Assembly: GCA_964595705.1 (NCBI GenBank)
Contig: CAZQSC010000003.1
Coordinates: 1 to 41,693, forward strand
Reading direction: 5' to 3'
From: an uncultured bacterium
GTDB taxonomy: Bacteria; Latescibacterota; MVCY01
DNA: 41,693 nt
The translations under genes and the position numbers were made by a program. Positions 37,273-41,693 of this stretch are shown here, piece after piece. Every line of letters begins with the position of its first letter. Position 1 is the first letter of the stretch. The notes beneath the pieces are model-generated. The model saw only the letters and a list, made by a program, of their open reading frames with translations, searched no databases and was not told the origin of the DNA.

Positions 37273-38931
37273 TTACTCAGCCTCATCCTCTATGTCCAAC
37301 CACACCTCTTGTTTCTTGTGAGCAATATGAAGGCTCAGTGCCAGTCCTCCGTAAAGCACGGCCGCGCTTATGATGAACATCACCCACATTGGAGGGGTAA
37401 AGTTGACCAGCAGGGCGATCAGGCCAACTGCCAGTGATGCAGGCAATGAGAACCTGAGGAACGCCTTCTTATCCATCAGCAGAACACCAAGGTTAACCGC
37501 CAGGATCACTACCAGCCATCCTCCTACAGTCAGTGCCCAATGGGGATAACCTCCGTATGGCTTTTTGAGTTCCTCGATAAGAGACCAGAGTATGATGGCC
37601 CCTAAAAGCAGCGGGGTGAGGAATTTCACACAGAGGTTCCACCACCGGCCGATCTTGACCTCTGAGTGTCGATTTACATAGTTTCGGAACCGTTCGGCTC
37701 CGAACAGATAAGCGATGACCACCGCCTCCATAAACCCCACGGCCGCTAGGCCGAAATTGTTAACAAAGTGGTCCACAATGTCCAGCCAGTAAAGCCCGGC
37801 TCCAGTGGTGAATATCAACCCCAAGGCAAAGGCGGGCACAGAGACAATCCAGGTGGCCCTGCTCTGGCTCAGGTTCCACTTATCTCGTATGGCTGCCACT
37901 GCCGCCTCCACCAGAGAGAAGGCCGAGTCAATGCCCAGGGTCAACAGGGTAAGGAAGAACAGCACCCCGAACAGGGAGGGCACCCCAGGCAGAAGCGATA
38001 TCGCCTCCGGGTAGGTCACAAAAGCCAATCCCGGTCCACCTGCAACCACCTTTTGCACCCCCATACCAGTGGCCTGGGCGAAGTAGCCGAGAATGCTAAA
38101 GACAGCAAATCCAGCAAAATAACTGGTCCCACAGTTGGCAAACGAAGTGATCAGGGCGTTGTTGTTCACATCGGACCGCCTGGGCAGGTAGCTGGCGTAG
38201 GCAATCAGGATTCCAAAGCCCAGACTTAAGGAGAAGAATATCTGACCGTAAGCCGCCAGCCACACCCTGGGCTCAAGCAGTTTTGAGAAGTCCGGAGTCA
38301 GGTAGTATTTGACGCCCTCCATAGCTCCGGGCAGTGTCAGTCCCCGTACCACGAAGAGTGCAAGCAAAATAACCGGCATAGGCACAGTGATCATCACCAC
38401 CTTCCCTACCCTTCGTACTCCGTGCCGTACAATCCAGATGATGCTGACCCAGGTGAGCGTCAGGCCCAATACCACCGGCCATCTGATGCCACCCAGTTTC
38501 CCCGGCCCCTCAGTCAGCCGGAGGAATCTGTGATAGAAGAAATCTTGAGCTTCTCCCTTCCAGGATAGTGAGACAGAATAGTAAAGGTAGTTCCAACACC
38601 AGGCCATCACCACCGCATAGTAAACCACGATAATAAAACCGACCAAGATTGCCCACCAGCCGAGCCATTCCCATCTTTTCCCCACCTTGGCAAAGGAATA
38701 GGGAGCAGAGCCTTGCATCTTCTGCCCTAAGCCATACTCCAGGATCATCAATGGGATACCCGCCGTCAGAAGGGCAACCAAGTAGGGGATCAAAAACGCC
38801 CCGCCTCCGTTTTGATAGGCGACAAACGGGAACCGCCACACATTTCCCAATCCGACAGCCGAGCCGATAGCGGCCATAGTGAAGGCCGCCCGGTTCATCC
38901 AGCGATCTCTACTCACCTCGGCCATAGACAC
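37273..38931 (-). CDS. NSS-family (LeuT/MetP-like) sodium-dependent transporter with extra C-terminal helices
   Basis: AIGSAVGLGNVWRFP, NGGGAFL, QIFFSLS, GPGLAF, GIDS. Confidence 0.93.
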   Translation of the reverse strand: MSMAEVSRDRWMNRAAFTMAAIGSAVGLGNVWRFPFVAYQNGGGAFLIPYLVALLTAGIPLMILEYGLGQKMQGSAPYSFAKVGKRWEWLGWWAILVGFIIVVYYAVVMAWCWNYLYYSVSLSWKGEAQDFFYHRFLRLTEGPGKLGGIRWPVVLGLTLTWVSIIWIVRHGVRRVGKVVMITVPMPVILLALFVVRGLTLPGAMEGVKYYLTPDFSKLLEPRVWLAAYGQIFFSLSLGFGILIAYASYLPRRSDVNNNALITSFANCGTSYFAGFAVFSILGYFAQATGMGVQKVVAGGPGLAFVTYPEAISLLPGVPSLFGVLFFLTLLTLGIDSAFSLVEAAVAAIRDKWNLSQSRATWIVSVPAFALGLIFTTGAGLYWLDIVDHFVNNFGLAAVGFMEAVVIAYLFGAERFRNYVNRHSEVKIGRWWNLCVKFLTPLLLGAIILWSLIEELKKPYGGYPHWALTVGGWLVVILAVNLGVLLMDKKAFLRFSLPASLAVGLIALLVNFTPPMWVMFIISAAVLYGGLALSLHIAHKKQEVWLDIEDEAE

Positions 38932-38980
38932 TCCTTTCTGCTCGCTGGCTCTTTGTTACCCTGTTTCAAGGATTCCTTCG

Positions 38981-39016
38981 CCCTCACCCCGACCCTCTCC
39001 GTTCAAGAGAGAGGGA
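38981..39016. repeat. Solo REP of the ccctcaccc..ccctctcc..gagaggga family
   Basis: ccctcaccccgaccctctccgttcaagagagaggga resembles the hairpin unit at about 2417-2451. Confidence 0.7.
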
Positions 39017-39047
39017 GAAATTTAAACTTCTTACAGCTCAATCATTC

Positions 39048-39563
39048 TTAGCCGACGCCGATTGTCGCTTCTCTTTGCCGAATGTATTCTAACAGTCCTC
39101 CCGCTTTAAGCATCTCCAGAGCGAAGTCTGGCAGTGGCGCGAAACGGTAAGTCTCTCCCTTGGTACAGTTCTGGATTAGTCCCGCCTTGAGGTCTATCTC
39201 CAACTGGTCGCCGTCGGAGACTCTATCTGCAATCCCTGGGCACTCAAGGGCCAGGAATCCGTTGTTAATGGCGTTGCGGAAGAAGATGCGGGCGAAGCTG
39301 TTGGCTATGACTGCTCTTACTCCAGCACCCCGCAAGGCCCAGACGGCATGTTCCCTGCTTGAGCCACAACCAAAGTCGTCGGAGGCGATTACAAAATCAC
39401 CTGGCTTGACCTTTTTGATAAACTCCGGGTCAATGTCCTCCATAGCGTGCCGGGCCAGCTCTGCCTCTTGGTCGGTGTTTAAATACCGGGCAGGGATGAT
39501 CTCATCGGTGTTGATGTGGGGCCGCTTGTAAACGTGGGCGTAACCTCTCCAGATTTCAGACAT
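39048..39563 (-). CDS. leuD: 3-isopropylmalate dehydratase small subunit
   Basis: [40 protein letters not shown]; downstream of leuC. Confidence 0.92.
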   Translation of the reverse strand: MSEIWRGYAHVYKRPHINTDEIIPARYLNTDQEAELARHAMEDIDPEFIKKVKPGDFVIASDDFGCGSSREHAVWALRGAGVRAVIANSFARIFFRNAINNGFLALECPGIADRVSDGDQLEIDLKAGLIQNCTKGETYRFAPLPDFALEMLKAGGLLEYIRQREATIGVG

Positions 39564-39595
39564 TGACCTTCTCCTCTCTTTAGAACCTCGCGTGT

Positions 39596-40288
39596 TTATC
39601 TGAACACTGATTTTATCTGTCCCCAGGTTGAATTCGCCACCGCTGTATGCTTGATCCCGTATTCGGTACTATTTACCTTTGCATAAGTTAGTGACCATAC
39701 TATTTGTGAGATTTCGTGGATTTCATTTACACGCCAATTATTCACTCTAACAAGTCCGGTGTCTCTGGCAAAGCAGAGAGTTTCTTCTCTACTACTTCCG
39801 AAAAGCATCTCATAGTAACGGTAGTATATATGGCAGATCGCGTCTTCAAAAATTCCAGCGGGAGTATCAATCGAACTTGTACAGCTTATCCATCCTTCAA
39901 AACTATCTGGAAGAAAACGCCAAGGTAGACAAACATCTTTTTCCAGAGTATTCACTACCACATGGTACTTTATGAACTCCCTTTGTGAATCTTTATCATA
40001 CTCCCGAAGTGTATCCCCGGAAGCGTTGTATCTCTGGTAGAAGACTATTTTCCCCTCCTTGATCTCAAAATACTCCTTCCCTTCGAAAGTTACAATTACA
40101 GTGATTTTCCTCTCCATATAAGACGTATCTCTCAGACCTATTTCCTTTCTGTAGATGCTGTATTGCCATTGGTCCCCCACATGGAGGGGATAGTAATCTC
40201 TCAGACTCTCGGCAGAACACTTTCCTGTCGTAGATGATATTATAAAAGCAGTTACTGTTAACCACAACCATATTCTTGTTGCTCTCAT
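39596..40288 (-). CDS. Secreted hypothetical protein with C-terminal TWGQIK motif
   Basis: Signal-peptide-like N-terminus, [19 protein letters not shown], ends [16 protein letters not shown]; visibly more AT-rich than its neighbours. Alternative start at 40306. Confidence 0.8.
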   Translation of the reverse strand: MRATRIWLWLTVTAFIISSTTGKCSAESLRDYYPLHVGDQWQYSIYRKEIGLRDTSYMERKITVIVTFEGKEYFEIKEGKIVFYQRYNASGDTLREYDKDSQREFIKYHVVVNTLEKDVCLPWRFLPDSFEGWISCTSSIDTPAGIFEDAICHIYYRYYEMLFGSSREETLCFARDTGLVRVNNWRVNEIHEISQIVWSLTYAKVNSTEYGIKHTAVANSTWGQIKSVFR

Positions 40289-40315
40289 GGATCTTCCACC
40301 CCTCATCCATTGGAA

Positions 40316-41581
40316 TTATCTAAGCACTTCCCTTGGATCAGCGATGAACCCTTTTATTGCCGAGGCTGCTACAGTAGCTGGGCTGGCTAAATAGACTTCA
40401 GACTTAGGGTGGCCCATTCTTCCCACGAAGTTACGGTTAGTTGAGGAGATACAGCGCTCCCCCTCTGCCAATACTCCCATATAGCCGCCTAAGCAGGCGC
40501 CGCAGGTAGCAGTGGAGATGGCACAGCCGGCGTCGCTAAATGTGTCAAACAGCCCCTCTTCCATTGCCTGCCTCCACACCTGGGTGGTTGCTGGCACCAC
40601 AATCATCCGCACCCAGGGGGCAATCTGCCTACCCTTGAGAATCTCCGCTGCAATCCGCAGGTCCTCTATCCTGCCATTGGTGCAGGAGCCCAGATAGGCC
40701 TGGTCGATCCGTATCTGCCCCACTTCAGAAACCGGATGCCCGTTGGAAGGCAGATGGGGAAAGGCGACCATCGGCTCCAACTCGGTGACATCTATCTCCA
40801 CCACCTGGGAATACTGGGCATCCTGGTCCGAGTAAAAAGGCTCGAACTGTTTGTCAGTCCGGGCCCTGACGTAGTCGAAGGTTTTCTGGTCAGGGGCCAT
40901 AATGCCTGTTTTAGCCCCTGCTTCTACCGCCATATTGGTGATCGTCATTCTGGCCTCCACGGAAAGCTCCTCTATCACAGGGCCGGTGAACTCCATGGCC
41001 TGATACAAAGCCCCATCTACGCCGATCTTGCTGATAATCTGAAGTATAATATCTTTTGAGTAAACACCCTTCTGGAGCCTCCCGGTAAGCACAAATTTGA
41101 TGCTTGGGGGCACTTTAAACCACAGCTCTCCGGAATAGATGGCTGCTGCCAGGTCGGTGCTTCCCACGCCGGCGGCAAAAGCACCCAAGGCTCCGTGGGT
41201 GCAGGTGTGAGAATCTCCGCACACAATGGTTGTCCCTGGCAGTACAAACCCCTGTTCGGGCAGAATGGCATGGCATACCCCGTGGTGGCCTATCTCATAA
41301 TAGTTCTTAATTCCATGCTGGTTGGCCCAATCTCTCAGCCTTTTCGCCAACTGAGCGCTTTTAATGTCCTTGTTTGGCACAAAATGGTCGGGGGTGACCA
41401 CGATACTGTCAGGATTGAAAACCCTGTCCATCTCTTTTGACTTCAGCATAGAGATTGCCGGAGGGGTGGTCACATCATTACACAGAACTACATCCAGTTT
41501 GGCATTTATCAACTCCCCTGGCCTGACTTTGCTCCGGCCACAGTGGGCCGCCAAGATCTTCTCTGTTATGGTCATAGGCAT
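40316..41581 (-). CDS. leuC: 3-isopropylmalate dehydratase large subunit
   Basis: [47 protein letters not shown]. Confidence 0.93.
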   Translation of the reverse strand: MPMTITEKILAAHCGRSKVRPGELINAKLDVVLCNDVTTPPAISMLKSKEMDRVFNPDSIVVTPDHFVPNKDIKSAQLAKRLRDWANQHGIKNYYEIGHHGVCHAILPEQGFVLPGTTIVCGDSHTCTHGALGAFAAGVGSTDLAAAIYSGELWFKVPPSIKFVLTGRLQKGVYSKDIILQIISKIGVDGALYQAMEFTGPVIEELSVEARMTITNMAVEAGAKTGIMAPDQKTFDYVRARTDKQFEPFYSDQDAQYSQVVEIDVTELEPMVAFPHLPSNGHPVSEVGQIRIDQAYLGSCTNGRIEDLRIAAEILKGRQIAPWVRMIVVPATTQVWRQAMEEGLFDTFSDAGCAISTATCGACLGGYMGVLAEGERCISSTNRNFVGRMGHPKSEVYLASPATVAASAIKGFIADPREVLR

Positions 41582-41693
41582 GTGGATTACCTCTTAAGCT
41601 ATTCTATTGGGGCATAGGTATCTCTAAAAACCGAGCTTACAATGCAAAATTATTGATCGTCATTCCGTGGTGACAAGCCGAATTTACCGCCAA

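Overview
41.7-kb bacterial genomic window, gene-dense, from an anaerobe. No rRNA, tRNA or CRISPR array was seen. The left third is one + strand energy cluster: 3' end of metV, metF, hdrC, a REP-flanked RAYT transposase, a 1482-aa HdrL-type HdrA/GltD fusion, flxD(mvhD)-flxC-flxB-flxA, then pta-ackA and an orphan aconitase-family small subunit. There is no hdrB in the window; the RAYT sits where hdrB is usually found. The middle holds - strand genes (apbE, PAP2, zinc-finger protein, sugar-phosphate epimerase, metG, a nucleotidyltransferase plus NTase/CDP-alcohol phosphotransferase pair, tkt, Tat-signal AmmeMemoRadiSam radical SAM) and + strand housekeeping genes (argS, HU-TPR fusion, holA, recJ, ilvE, proC, hisA). 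The right end holds - strand DUF1015, ispG, leuB, an NSS transporter with a MetS-like tail, leuD, a secreted protein with a C-terminal TWGQIK motif, and leuC. Intergenic DNA carries several families of short palindromic, MITE-like and heptamer repeats, some nested. The best candidates for novelty are the HdrB-less MetVF-HdrC-HdrL-Flx module, the RAYT/REP and nested-repeat architecture, the HU-TPR fusion and the split NTase/CDP-alcohol transferase pair. All calls come from motif recognition by eye; no database searches were run.
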